Position numbers and translations under genes: made by a program
Assembly: GCA_036339995.1 (NCBI GenBank)
Contig: JAYYZW010000039.1
Span: 35,852-99,851 of the forward strand
Length of the DNA: 64,000 nt
Reading direction: 5' to 3'
Source: Pseudomonadota bacterium
GTDB lineage: Bacteria; Pseudomonadota; Gammaproteobacteria; Ga0077536
The notes under the pieces: model-generated
Databases searched by the model: none
The model's input: only the letters and a program-made list of their open reading frames with translations
What the model was told of the DNA's origin: nothing
Part shown: positions 38,849 to 47,737 of the stretch, piece by piece
How positions within the stretch are numbered: the first letter of the stretch is position 1
Layout: each line of letters begins with the position of its first letter

Positions 38849-38935
38849 GAAATACGGGGGCAGATTACTTAATTTCTTGCAAGCGTGCATTTTGTTTTAT
38901 GCGTTCTCGAAATAAGTAATCTGCCCCCGTATTTC
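38849..38935. repeat. 27-bp inverted repeat (GAAATACGGGGGCAGATTACTTAATTTC ... GAAATAAGTAATCTGCCCCCGTATTTC) with 32-nt loop in lptF / OstA-like divergent promoter region
   Basis: Arms complementary apart from a single 1-nt indel; generates mirror ORF starts on both strands (both encode SNLPPYF). Confidence 0.7.
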
Positions 38936-38965
38936 TATTACCGGCGTATCCGCTATGATGAGCAG

Positions 38966-39493
38966 GTGAGAGTGTCAAATCAACCGTCGATCGAATCAAA
39001 GCTGAAACGGCTGGCGATATCGGTCGTGACGATTGCCGGCGCTTATCAGTCCGTACACGCCGAGGCCATCTATGCAATTCTGGACGACGCCATCATCGTG
39101 CGCGCCCGCGAAGCGCGCGAAGCAGAAAACGGCAACGCTATGTTTCTGCAAGGTGGCTTGGAGTTGCGGGCACCCGAGTGGCGGATCGATGCAATTCGCG
39201 GTGACATTTATGGCAAGCTGGAAGATCCAGATCGGATCGTCGCCGACGGCGATCCCGCGCGCATTTCCGTCAGCCGCTCGCAAGACGGAGAAATCTTCGA
39301 TGGCAGGGGCCAGCATATCGAATTCGAGCCCAACGGCCGCACCGTCAAGCTTGAGGGGGAGGCTGTCGTCGTAAAGGGGCGTCAGTCTATTCGCAGTCGG
39401 TCCATCGAATATAGACTGGACGAAGATAAGTTTTACGCAGGTGATGACGGTCGTGTTCGCGTAGTGACGACGCCCAAATCAGACGCTTCCTGA
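38966..39493 (+). CDS. OstA/LptA/LptC-family periplasmic protein (GTG start inferred)
   Basis: Signal peptide LKRLAISVVTIAGAYQSVHA then beta-jellyroll-like repeats (IRGDIYGKLEDPDRIVADGDPARISVSRSQDGEIFDGRGQHIEFEPNGRTVKLEGEAVVVKG...); ORF-track ATG start at 38885 lies inside the inverted repeat and is probably spurious. Confidence 0.5.
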   Translation: MRVSNQPSIESKLKRLAISVVTIAGAYQSVHAEAIYAILDDAIIVRAREAREAENGNAMFLQGGLELRAPEWRIDAIRGDIYGKLEDPDRIVADGDPARISVSRSQDGEIFDGRGQHIEFEPNGRTVKLEGEAVVVKGRQSIRSRSIEYRLDEDKFYAGDDGRVRVVTTPKSDAS

Positions 39494-39539
39494 GCGTCGT
39501 CAAAGCGGCCGCCAGGTCGAATATTCCAGCGGGCCTGTT

Positions 39540-39965
39540 TCACCAGACCCCGATCAGGCGATCCACCAGGCGTTTGTTAATTGACGCGACCGTGCTCGTT
39601 GCGTGGTCCAGGCGCGGCGGCCCTGGCCATCCCGGATCGTCGAATTCAATCTGCTCAAACGAGCGCACATCTGCATATCGCGGGATCACGTGAAAATGCA
39701 CGTCCTTGTCGACCATCATCAGCATCAGGTAATTGATCTTGTCGAAAGAGAAGGCTGCGGCGAGCGCGAGTTCAATGTCGTGCGTAATCTGCGCGAGTTC
39801 CTCGCAGCCGGCCGCCGAGACGTCACCAAAAGCCTGTACGGGTTCCTTGCTCGCCAGGATGAGCGCGCCGAGCGTCGCCTGCTGCGGTCGCAATAAGACG
39901 ACCCAGGACGAATAATCTGTGATCAGGGTGTCCGGATAGCCGAACTTGAGGATGGTTTCATTCAC
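39540..39965 (-). CDS. HIT-family nucleotide hydrolase/transferase
   Basis: 141 aa; histidine triad VHFHVIPR. Confidence 0.75.
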   Translation of the reverse strand: MNETILKFGYPDTLITDYSSWVVLLRPQQATLGALILASKEPVQAFGDVSAAGCEELAQITHDIELALAAAFSFDKINYLMLMMVDKDVHFHVIPRYADVRSFEQIEFDDPGWPGPPRLDHATSTVASINKRLVDRLIGVW

Positions 39966-40024
39966 GCTCTTCTACTCGCCTCGCCACGATTCCCCAAGTC
40001 CGACAAGCTTCCAGGAACTACCAT

Positions 40025-40783
40025 TCAGCCGCAGGCCGACGTGACCGGAGCGACGGTCGAAACCCATTCGCAGACGACGGTCGCGGCATGCTCGAGATCG
40101 GCGTGATCGTCGATTTCACACCAGCTCAGGCCGTCGATTGGACAAGACCCGACCAGGCCTACTTGGGCAAGTTCGTCGATTGCGGACAGATACCATTGCT
40201 TGACGCCCTCGCTCGAGCGCATCAGTTGCTCCACTTTGTGGCTGAATTCGCCCGGCCCGTTAGCACGAAAGGCCATCATGCCGATCGATTCGCCGTTGAC
40301 CTTGTCCGTATTGAGCTGCTTGCTGACGCGCTGCAGGCACCCCTGCTCGACGATTACTTTCATATCGTCGCTGTCATAAGCGGCTTTGCTGTCGGTCACC
40401 AGCTTGATCGGCGCATCGGTGTTGCTGTCCAGTAGTTTGCGCAGGATCGCAGCTTCGAACAGCGTGTCCCCGTTGATAATCACGAAGGGCTGATTCATTT
40501 CGGTACGGGCCACCCAGCACGTGCCGAGATTGTCGCAGCGCGCATAGAAGGGATTGTAGAGCGTGCGCACGGGCATTGCGGTTTGGCGGGCAACGATCTC
40601 GTCGACCTTATCGGCGCCGAATCCGGTAACGACTACAACCTCTTCGATGTCGCAGCGCGCGATTTCCTGAAGCTGCCATTCGAGTGTGGACCGCCCGGCG
40701 ACCGTTAGGGCGCACTTGGGCTCATTTTCGGTCAGGGGCAGCAATCGTCGACCCTGGCCGGCACTCAGAATAATCGCTTTCAT
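40025..40783 (-). CDS. sugar/alcohol-phosphate nucleotidyltransferase (LicC/IspD-like CTP:phospho-alcohol cytidylyltransferase family)
   Basis: 252 aa; N-terminal MKAIILSAGQGRRLLPLT (GxGxRL NTP-transferase motif). Confidence 0.8.
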   Translation of the reverse strand: MKAIILSAGQGRRLLPLTENEPKCALTVAGRSTLEWQLQEIARCDIEEVVVVTGFGADKVDEIVARQTAMPVRTLYNPFYARCDNLGTCWVARTEMNQPFVIINGDTLFEAAILRKLLDSNTDAPIKLVTDSKAAYDSDDMKVIVEQGCLQRVSKQLNTDKVNGESIGMMAFRANGPGEFSHKVEQLMRSSEGVKQWYLSAIDELAQVGLVGSCPIDGLSWCEIDDHADLEHAATVVCEWVSTVAPVTSACG

Positions 40784-40896
40784 TCGGTTGTAATCTTGCG
40801 GGATTTTCGCCGGTTAAACTCAGCGCGACTCTAGCACGATTGCAGTTCGGTTCGATAACGGAACATTGCGCTCGGGCGTCAGGAAGTGCGTTCGGG

Positions 40897-41646
40897 TCAG
40901 CGGCGATTCCATTCGGCGAGATTTCTAATCGGGTCCTTGACGTAGTGTGTCGCCTGCACGATTGTCAGAACGAAACGATTAAACCACGTTCCCAGGCGAT
41001 CCATGGGTCGGTCGAAATCCAGAAATAGCACGGCACGGTATTCCGGCGTGTCGTTGGTGACTTCGTGCTCGTAGGTGTCATCGAACAGCAGGCATTTACC
41101 TTCTTCCCATTGACAGATCTGTTCGTCGATTCGAATCCAGCATTTTTCGGCCTGCGCGGGTACGCGTAGCGCGAGATGGCAGCGCACCAACGCGCGCGTC
41201 GGTCCCCGGTGCGGCGGAATGTGATAGCGCGGCGCGAGGATCGAAAACCAGGCGTTTTGCAAACCCGGCAATCCGGATAAAAGCTCCGTAGTGACCGGAC
41301 ATTCACCGCAATTCGGATGGATTTGCCTGCCGAAGATATACAGTACGAAGGTTTTCCAGTGATCTCCTTTCGAGATGCGCGCTTGGTCGGGCGAAATTTG
41401 ATGAAAGGCGGGGATATCCTCGGGATGGGCCCAAACCTGCTCGAATTCCGTGCGGATCTGCGGCCAAGAAGCCTCGATCAGTGGTACCCAATCGAAGCTT
41501 GCCTTGTCGAGGACGGGCTCTATGGCGATCCGTGAATGGCGGCCCTGGAACTCGAGAATTCCGCGCAGGAATTTCTTGCCCAAGCGGTGAACGACTTTGC
41601 GCCGCCATGTTTTAATCCGTTGCCCTCGAGTAGTCGAATCAGCCAT
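40897..41646 (-). CDS. aspartyl/asparaginyl beta-hydroxylase-family dioxygenase (LpxO/OlsC-like lipid acyl-chain hydroxylase)
   Basis: Start MADSTTRGQ (ATG 41646); Asp_Arg_Hydrox-like core with HIPPHRG ... H metal ligands. Confidence 0.7.
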   Translation of the reverse strand: MADSTTRGQRIKTWRRKVVHRLGKKFLRGILEFQGRHSRIAIEPVLDKASFDWVPLIEASWPQIRTEFEQVWAHPEDIPAFHQISPDQARISKGDHWKTFVLYIFGRQIHPNCGECPVTTELLSGLPGLQNAWFSILAPRYHIPPHRGPTRALVRCHLALRVPAQAEKCWIRIDEQICQWEEGKCLLFDDTYEHEVTNDTPEYRAVLFLDFDRPMDRLGTWFNRFVLTIVQATHYVKDPIRNLAEWNRR

Positions 41647-42433
41647 CGGCAAGCACCCGCTCGGCGAGTCGAAGATCATCGCTGGAATCGATGTCGACGG
41701 CCGCTCTGGCATTGTCGACCGTGCAGTGTTCGACCTCGCAGCCGCTGTGCTTGGACAGGATCTTAAAGGTATCGCGGGTGGAGAGAGAGCGCGTGAGATA
41801 TCGCAGCAGCGTCAACCATCCGAGATGCCCAGCGATCCGCCACGGACGCTTACGCTCGGTTTCCAGCTGCGTCCACCAGCGCAGTGCGGCGCGGCCCTGT
41901 GGATTGTTGATCAGGAACAAATTGCTGCTGCAGAAAGCGGCGTCGCTGAATCGCAGTATTGTGCGCCGCGATTCGGGAAATGCGATCTGTACGGTCTGTA
42001 AGGGAACCAGCCCGGCGACGAAATCCGCGCGCGATTGCATGGCCGCAGCGCAAAAAGCATCGACGACCTGAGGTTCGAGCAGCGCATGATCACCGACCGT
42101 AATCAAGGCGGGATAACGGCCTAATTGGTCTACGGCTGAGAGCGCGCTCGCCGAAGGCCCGTGCGCGGGTTCGATCCAGTGAAAATCCCCTGTCCCAATG
42201 AGCGATTGCATCACCGCGTCCGTTTCGACGACCGCCGCCGCCGGACCGACGATGACGCCCCCCGAAATCACCGCGCTTGCCCTGAGCGTCGTGATGACGC
42301 GTTCGATGCAGGACCGGCCCGCCACCGGAATCAGCACGCCGGCCGCCTTTCCATGTTCGAGCGCGAATCGATTGACGCCGGGTCGCTCGCCAGCCAATAC
42401 GATTGCGCACATGTCGTCTGTCGGCGCAGACAT
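41639..42433 (-). CDS. MobA-like nucleotidyltransferase (NTP_transf_3)
   Basis: MCAIVLAGERPGVNRFALEHGKAAGVLIPVAGRSCIERV matches MobA-like G-rich NTP-binding loop; start ATG 42433 (4 nt after upstream stop) or 42412. Confidence 0.6.
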   Translation of the reverse strand: MSAPTDDMCAIVLAGERPGVNRFALEHGKAAGVLIPVAGRSCIERVITTLRASAVISGGVIVGPAAAVVETDAVMQSLIGTGDFHWIEPAHGPSASALSAVDQLGRYPALITVGDHALLEPQVVDAFCAAAMQSRADFVAGLVPLQTVQIAFPESRRTILRFSDAAFCSSNLFLINNPQGRAALRWWTQLETERKRPWRIAGHLGWLTLLRYLTRSLSTRDTFKILSKHSGCEVEHCTVDNARAAVDIDSSDDLRLAERVLADG

Positions 42434-42437
42434 CGAG

Positions 42438-43613
42438 CTAGGCGATGTTTTTTTCGTAGATGCGATAACGCTTGGAGACGTACCCACCGAGCGATTCAAT
42501 CATGTTTTTCATCGCTTCGTTGTCCTCGAGGATCCACGACATCTCGACCTCTTCAAGGCCCTTTCTGAGCCCGGGCGGCTGCAGCGCAAGCACGACGGAC
42601 AGGGCAAGCCCGGGTCCAAGACGTGTATTGTGAAGTTTTTTGCGTACGCCCATCAGCGGAATTCGTGCCGTGCGCGGGTAGTTGATCTTCAATCGGTGAA
42701 TGAGCTTCGCCCAACCGAAGGGCAACAGGCGGCCATTCAAGTCCCGGATCGCCTCGTTCAGGTTCGGCAGGAGAACAATGAACGCAAGCGCCTCGTCGTC
42801 CATCTCGGCAATCTGTATGAAATCGTGGGGGATAAGCATCAGCATCTCACGGCCGATCGCGCGAAATTCACCTTGGGAAAACGGCACAAAGCCCCAGTTG
42901 TCGGACCATGCGTCATTGAATATTTCGCGCATCTTCTCGAGGTCTTCGTTCGTGTGTTTGCGCCGCAACGGCCGTATATGGATGCGTTTTCGCAAACGTT
43001 CGATCAGTGAGGCGAGTGCCGGCGGCGGTTTGAATTTCGAGCTGATCAGATAGGCGAAAACGTCCATCGCCTTGCCGTAGCCCGCGCGTTCGATACTGGT
43101 GCCGTAGTAGGGCCGTGCGTGACCCATCAAGAAATAGGGCGGTGTATCGAAACCTTCGACCAGCACGCCGACTTCCTGGTTGATATTGAGGGAAAACGGT
43201 CCGCGCGCGCGCCGCATGCCGCGTGCGAAGAGCCAGGATTCAGCCTCATTAAACAAGGCTTCGAATACCGCACGGTCGTCACAGGCATCTAAGAATCCGA
43301 AGAAACCCGTGCCGTCCTTGTACCGTTCGAGGTGGAACTGGTCGATCTGTGCCGAGATTCGGCCGACCGGCGCGCCGTCTCGGTAGGCGACCCACGCCTG
43401 CCATTCGAGATGTCCGAACACCGCCTGTTTCGGCGACAGCGCGTCTTTTCTCTCAATCAACAGCGGCGGTACCCAATGGGGGTCGTCGCGAAAGACACTC
43501 CACGGCACGCGAATAAATTCATCCAGACGGCGCGCGTCATTGACGGGTTCAACGGAAACGGGAGCGGTTTGAATCGAATTCATCGGCGCCTGCATGTTAG
43601 CCAAGTCTAACAA
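42438..43613 (-). CDS. GNAT/FemAB-like N-acyltransferase; candidate bacterial ceramide synthase
   Basis: 391 aa soluble protein, first gene of minus-strand operon with two NTases and a hydroxylase, about 9 kb from spt (comparable to the bCerS–spt distance in Caulobacter); fold assignment from size/context, weak. Confidence 0.35.
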   Translation of the reverse strand: MLDLANMQAPMNSIQTAPVSVEPVNDARRLDEFIRVPWSVFRDDPHWVPPLLIERKDALSPKQAVFGHLEWQAWVAYRDGAPVGRISAQIDQFHLERYKDGTGFFGFLDACDDRAVFEALFNEAESWLFARGMRRARGPFSLNINQEVGVLVEGFDTPPYFLMGHARPYYGTSIERAGYGKAMDVFAYLISSKFKPPPALASLIERLRKRIHIRPLRRKHTNEDLEKMREIFNDAWSDNWGFVPFSQGEFRAIGREMLMLIPHDFIQIAEMDDEALAFIVLLPNLNEAIRDLNGRLLPFGWAKLIHRLKINYPRTARIPLMGVRKKLHNTRLGPGLALSVVLALQPPGLRKGLEEVEMSWILEDNEAMKNMIESLGGYVSKRYRIYEKNIA

Positions 43614-43810
43614 GTGGATAAACCGCTACCCGAGGCGAACCACGCCTCTCGCAGCGGCCTTGACTCGCTACCGGTTAGAGTCTTACCGTTATTAAATAAT
43701 AATTCATACAGCGGAACTATTAGAACGCCCGCCAGGAGGTGCTTCTACGCGAAGGGGCCGACCTTCTCGTCTTTTGGGAGCAACCGCGGCGGCGTCATGG
43801 AGGAACTTGA

Positions 43811-44248
43811 ATGGCTAGACAACCTCACGCCAATCCCGGTACGGCGCTGCAGAAAGATCATTCCTTTGCAGCGGTCGACGATTATGACACGCGGATGTAC
43901 ATCCTGCCGCATCTTGAGGAGAAGGCTTCGCGCGACGCGATCATCGCCGAACACCGCAAGGCCCCTCGGGGCGCGGCGACCCAGGCAGGCGAAGCGGCCC
44001 CTTTGAACAGTCTGCCGCTCAAGCGCCTCCTCGACAAGCTGCGCGTGATACCGCAAACGGGCAAGCACACCATCGTCGAAACAAAGCCCTGGAAGGAATA
44101 CACCATCGGTGTCCTGCCCGGACGACGAGGCGGGGTGGTCGAACTGACCGGCGAGATCTACCCGACGCGCGAAGATGCCGAACACGCGATCTTCCTCAAA
44201 CGCTTGAAGGCGCTCTGCGAGCACTATGGCATCGACATGGAGGTATAG
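43811..44248 (+). CDS. small protein A1 (145 aa), putative N,N-dimethylformamidase small-subunit-like partner
   Basis: GGAGG RBS 7 nt upstream; paralog of 47267..47674 (TRMYILPHLEEKASRDAIIAEHRKAPRG vs TRTHILPLLADPVTRKALIEEHRNNPIG; EHAIFLKRLK vs EHAIFVRRVK). Confidence 0.55.
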   Translation: MARQPHANPGTALQKDHSFAAVDDYDTRMYILPHLEEKASRDAIIAEHRKAPRGAATQAGEAAPLNSLPLKRLLDKLRVIPQTGKHTIVETKPWKEYTIGVLPGRRGGVVELTGEIYPTREDAEHAIFLKRLKALCEHYGIDMEV

Positions 44249-44251
44249 ACG

Positions 44252-46666
44252 ATGACCGACACGCAATCCTGCATGCTCAGAATCACAGGCTACTCTGATC
44301 GCTTCTCGGCTCGGCCTGGCGACTCCGTCCGGTTCCACATCAACGCAGAGCAGAACGAATCCTTCGAAGCGGAAATCGTCCGGCTCATTCACGGCGACAC
44401 GAATCCGCAGGGCCCCGGTTTCAAGGAGGAATTGATCGCCTCGCCGCTGAGCGGTACGCATCAAGGCAAACACCAGCCATTGCATGCCGGCAGCTACGTC
44501 ATGGTGCCGCACTCGAAGCGTTTCGATGTTCAGAGCTTTACCCTTTGTGCCTATGTCTATCCGACGACGCCCCTCACCGATACCGAGGGCGTCGCCGTCG
44601 GTACGCAGGGCATACTCACCAAGTGGAACGCTACGGAACAGACCGGTTACGGCCTGTTCATCAACGATGCCGGGGAGCTCTGCCTGAAGCTCGGTCCAGG
44701 CAACGGCCGGGTCGAAGAAATCTCCACCGGCAAGCCGCTCTTTCGCAAAGTCTGGTACAAGGTTGCGGCGAGTTACGATGCAAGATCGGGCGCCGTGTAC
44801 GTTTCGCAAAAAGCTGCCGTCACCAACACCAACGCCGGGCACGGCATGAGCATGCTACACCCCCTTGAAGACACCGATGCGTCGGTCGCGACCACGCTTG
44901 CGGGCGCCGCGCCCGCCGCCAACGACTGCCCGTTCCTGATGGCGGCCAGCACCTTGAAGACTCACTCGGGCCGGTCCATCGGCGGTGCTCATTTCAAGGA
45001 TCTTACAGAGCCCTGGGAGATTCCCGAGCACACGCACAACTACAACGGCAAGATAGAGCGGCCCAAGATCGCCGAGCGCGCGATGTCCGAGACCGAGATC
45101 GAAATGCTCCTCGGCTCAGCCGGCCTCGACTACCTCCCGAACGAAATACGCGCGAGCGTCGTCGGAGCCTGGGATTTCGCCGCGAATATAAGCGAAAACG
45201 CGGCCTCGACGACCGTTATCGATACCGGGATCGACGGTGCTGACGGACAGGGTGTGAACATGCCGGTGCGCGGCGTAACGGGGTTCAACTGGTCGTCGGA
45301 CTACATGAGCTTTAGGCACGGTCCGCAGGAGTACGGTGCCATCCATTTCCACGACGAATCGGTCGACGACGCGCGCTGGGAATCGCAGTTGAGCTGGGCG
45401 ATACCCGAAGGCACCCGCAGCGGAGTTTACGCATTGAGAATGCGAGTCAAGGGCGAGGCAACCGCAGAAACGGAGGACTACATTCCGTTCTTCGTCCGAC
45501 CGCCGGCCGGGGGATCCGGCGCTGAGATCGCCGTGGTCATGTCAACCTTTAGCTATATGGCCTACGCCAACGACAACCTGAGTGTCAACTCGGTCGTCGC
45601 GCAGCTGCTCACCGGCCAGGTGCCCTTGTTGCAGCCCGGCGATCTGCTGCTCAACAAGGAGCGGGGTTACGGCCTCGGTACATACACCTCCTATCGCGAC
45701 GGCTGGGGTGTCAATGTGTCCTCCCGCCTGCGCCCGATCTTGAACATGCGGCCGAAATACATACACGTTTTGTCCCCCTCGCTATGGCAGCTCAACGCGG
45801 ATCTGCATCTGGTCGATTGGCTGGAAGAGAAGGGCTACGCCGTCGACTATCACTGTGATGAAGATCTCGAACGCGAAGGCATCGACCTGCTCAATCAATA
45901 TCGCTGCGTGCTGACCGGCCATCATCCGGAATACATCAGCGAGCATATGATGGACGCCTATCACGACTACCAGATGCAGGGCGGCCGCTGGTGCTATCTC
46001 GCGGCCAATGGCTTTTACTGGGTCGCGGTGCCGCACCCGGACAACCCCAACATCCTAGAAGTGCGCAAGGGCGACAACGGTACCCGCGCTTGGACCATTC
46101 AGCCCGGCGAATACTGCAACGCCTTCGACGGTAAACACGGCGGACTCTGGCGCGTACGCGGACGCGTGATGTCAAAATTGTTGGGCGTGGTCTTTACCTC
46201 TTTTGGCCTGACTTATTCGTCCTATTATCGCCGCGCGCCCGACAGCGAACTGGCGGCGTGTGCGTGGATCATGGAAGGAGTCGGCAGGGACGAGCCTATC
46301 GGCGATTTCGGCTTGGTCGGTGGCGGTGCCGCGGGGCTCGAACTCGATCGCTACGATCTCGAACTTGGTACACCGCACCGGGCTTACCTGCTCGCGCATT
46401 CCGAAGGCCATAACGACATTTATGTCAGTGTATCCGAGGATTCGACCTTTCATGCGCGCGGTAGCTTTCTGGCAGGCACCGGCGAAACCAATCCCAAGAC
46501 GCGCGCGGACATCGTTTATTACAAGACCCCGAACGACGGCGCGGTGTTCTCGGTCGGGTCGATGACCTGGATCGGATCCCTGTCGCACAATGGTTACGAC
46601 AACAACGTCTCCCGCATCATGCAGAACGTGATCGACGGTTTCGTGAAGGATGGCCCCCTGCCATGA
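44252..46666 (+). CDS. N,N-dimethylformamidase large-subunit-family protein, copy 1
   Basis: 804 aa; about 55-60% identical to copy 2 (47738..50095) by eye; DMFase beta-subunit-like architecture (MLRITGYSD..., RLIHGDTNP.GPGFKE). Confidence 0.75.
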   Translation: MTDTQSCMLRITGYSDRFSARPGDSVRFHINAEQNESFEAEIVRLIHGDTNPQGPGFKEELIASPLSGTHQGKHQPLHAGSYVMVPHSKRFDVQSFTLCAYVYPTTPLTDTEGVAVGTQGILTKWNATEQTGYGLFINDAGELCLKLGPGNGRVEEISTGKPLFRKVWYKVAASYDARSGAVYVSQKAAVTNTNAGHGMSMLHPLEDTDASVATTLAGAAPAANDCPFLMAASTLKTHSGRSIGGAHFKDLTEPWEIPEHTHNYNGKIERPKIAERAMSETEIEMLLGSAGLDYLPNEIRASVVGAWDFAANISENAASTTVIDTGIDGADGQGVNMPVRGVTGFNWSSDYMSFRHGPQEYGAIHFHDESVDDARWESQLSWAIPEGTRSGVYALRMRVKGEATAETEDYIPFFVRPPAGGSGAEIAVVMSTFSYMAYANDNLSVNSVVAQLLTGQVPLLQPGDLLLNKERGYGLGTYTSYRDGWGVNVSSRLRPILNMRPKYIHVLSPSLWQLNADLHLVDWLEEKGYAVDYHCDEDLEREGIDLLNQYRCVLTGHHPEYISEHMMDAYHDYQMQGGRWCYLAANGFYWVAVPHPDNPNILEVRKGDNGTRAWTIQPGEYCNAFDGKHGGLWRVRGRVMSKLLGVVFTSFGLTYSSYYRRAPDSELAACAWIMEGVGRDEPIGDFGLVGGGAAGLELDRYDLELGTPHRAYLLAHSEGHNDIYVSVSEDSTFHARGSFLAGTGETNPKTRADIVYYKTPNDGAVFSVGSMTWIGSLSHNGYDNNVSRIMQNVIDGFVKDGPLP

Positions 46667-46673
46667 GTGCGCC

Positions 46674-47099
46674 ATGAACCGCAAAGATTCGAGCACGCAG
46701 CTACGCGACCATTTCTGGTGGGTGCATCCCGCGTTCCGCGCTGAGCAGACCCTCGAACTCGGTGATGCCGGCGTCATGCCGGAAGGCAGCATGCTGTGGC
46801 GAAAGTTCGGCGAGCGCCACGACGAGGAAGATAGGAGGGGGCTGCCAGCCGACGGCGGTCCCTACGCGATCCTCGCCAAGCTTCTGTTCAAGCTCAACCA
46901 CTACCGGCCCGGTCCGGTCGACGGCTGGTACGTCGTCGTCTGTATCGAGTCCGGCCAACGCTGGGCCGTAGGGCAGTTGCGCGCAGATGCGGCGCGCCCA
47001 GTGCAGGTATTTGCAGACTTGATATTCGGAAGCGAGGCCGAGGCGCGCGAGAAGGCGCAGACGATGCGCGCCCGCGAACCGAGCGCGCCGGGATCCTGA
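46674..47099 (+). CDS. small protein B1 (about 141 aa), conserved downstream partner of DMFase-like gene
   Basis: Paralog of 50116..50484 (HYRPGPVDGWYVVVCIESGQRWAVGQLRADAARPVQVF vs NYRVGPMPGFFVAVVVTPGKEWCVGQLCADRAKPLKLF). Confidence 0.5.
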   Translation: MNRKDSSTQLRDHFWWVHPAFRAEQTLELGDAGVMPEGSMLWRKFGERHDEEDRRGLPADGGPYAILAKLLFKLNHYRPGPVDGWYVVVCIESGQRWAVGQLRADAARPVQVFADLIFGSEAEAREKAQTMRAREPSAPGS

Positions 47100-47266
47100 T
47101 CGCCGGTCACGGGCAGGAAGACTTGATTCTCTTGGGCCTAAGCGGTCTACTTAGAAAAGAATAAAATTCGGCGATTTCTTTCACGGCCCGAATCAAGATT
47201 CTCGAATAAGGCGGCGGATGCAGGCCGTCGTACGATCGCCCATCACGGACCTAGGGAGGCACGACC

Positions 47267-47674
47267 ATGGCGCGCAAGACCGGCGTACAAGAAAACCGCG
47301 GATATACGCAGACCGACGAGTTCATTACCCGCACTCACATCCTGCCGCTACTCGCCGACCCCGTGACGCGTAAGGCGCTCATCGAAGAACACCGCAACAA
47401 TCCGATCGGTCGGCCTGGAAAGGCCGGCACGGCTGCAGTGCAGCACGGCGGTGAGCTCGCGCGCGTACTCGACAAGTTCCGGCGGCAGCCGATGGAGGGC
47501 AAGTACGTGCGCGTCTGCATGAAGCCGCACAAGGATTACCGCATCGGTATCGTCTCGGGCACACGCGGCAAGCCCGTCAAGATCCTCGCGAAGCCCTATC
47601 CCTCGGAGGGTTCGTGCGAGCATGCCATTTTTGTGAGGCGGGTTAAGGAGTTCCTCAAGGAGTACGGTCCTTAG
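47267..47674 (+). CDS. small protein A2 (135 aa), DMFase small-subunit-like
   Basis: GGGAGG RBS; paralog of A1. Confidence 0.55.
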   Translation: MARKTGVQENRGYTQTDEFITRTHILPLLADPVTRKALIEEHRNNPIGRPGKAGTAAVQHGGELARVLDKFRRQPMEGKYVRVCMKPHKDYRIGIVSGTRGKPVKILAKPYPSEGSCEHAIFVRRVKEFLKEYGP

Positions 47675-47737
47675 AACCTATCGCAAAAGGTTGACGACAG
47701 TCGTTACCGACCGTCATAAAAAATACGGAGAATTTCA

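Noticed and set aside
38885..38965. ATG start of the OstA-like ORF as given in the ORF track (MHFVLCVLEISNLPPYF...)
   Set aside because: This N-terminus is generated by the 27-bp inverted repeat (a mirror ORF exists on the other strand); the signal peptide begins after an in-frame GTG near 38966/38972.
42198..43010. 270-aa plus-strand ORF spanning the MobA-like and GNAT-like genes
   Set aside because: Crosses a gene boundary on the opposite strand and lacks start context; the minus-strand genes show operon-style 4-nt spacing.
43745..44842. 365-aa minus-strand ORF overlapping small protein A1 and the start of DMFase-like copy 1
   Set aside because: Antisense to two plus-strand genes with strong RBSs and paralog support; translation is low complexity.
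47100..47266. Short inverted/direct repeats (CTTGATTCTC ... GAATCAAGATTCTC) between the two DMFase-like cassettes
   Set aside because: Only 8–10 bp, could be chance or a simple terminator; noted but not strong enough to call a feature.
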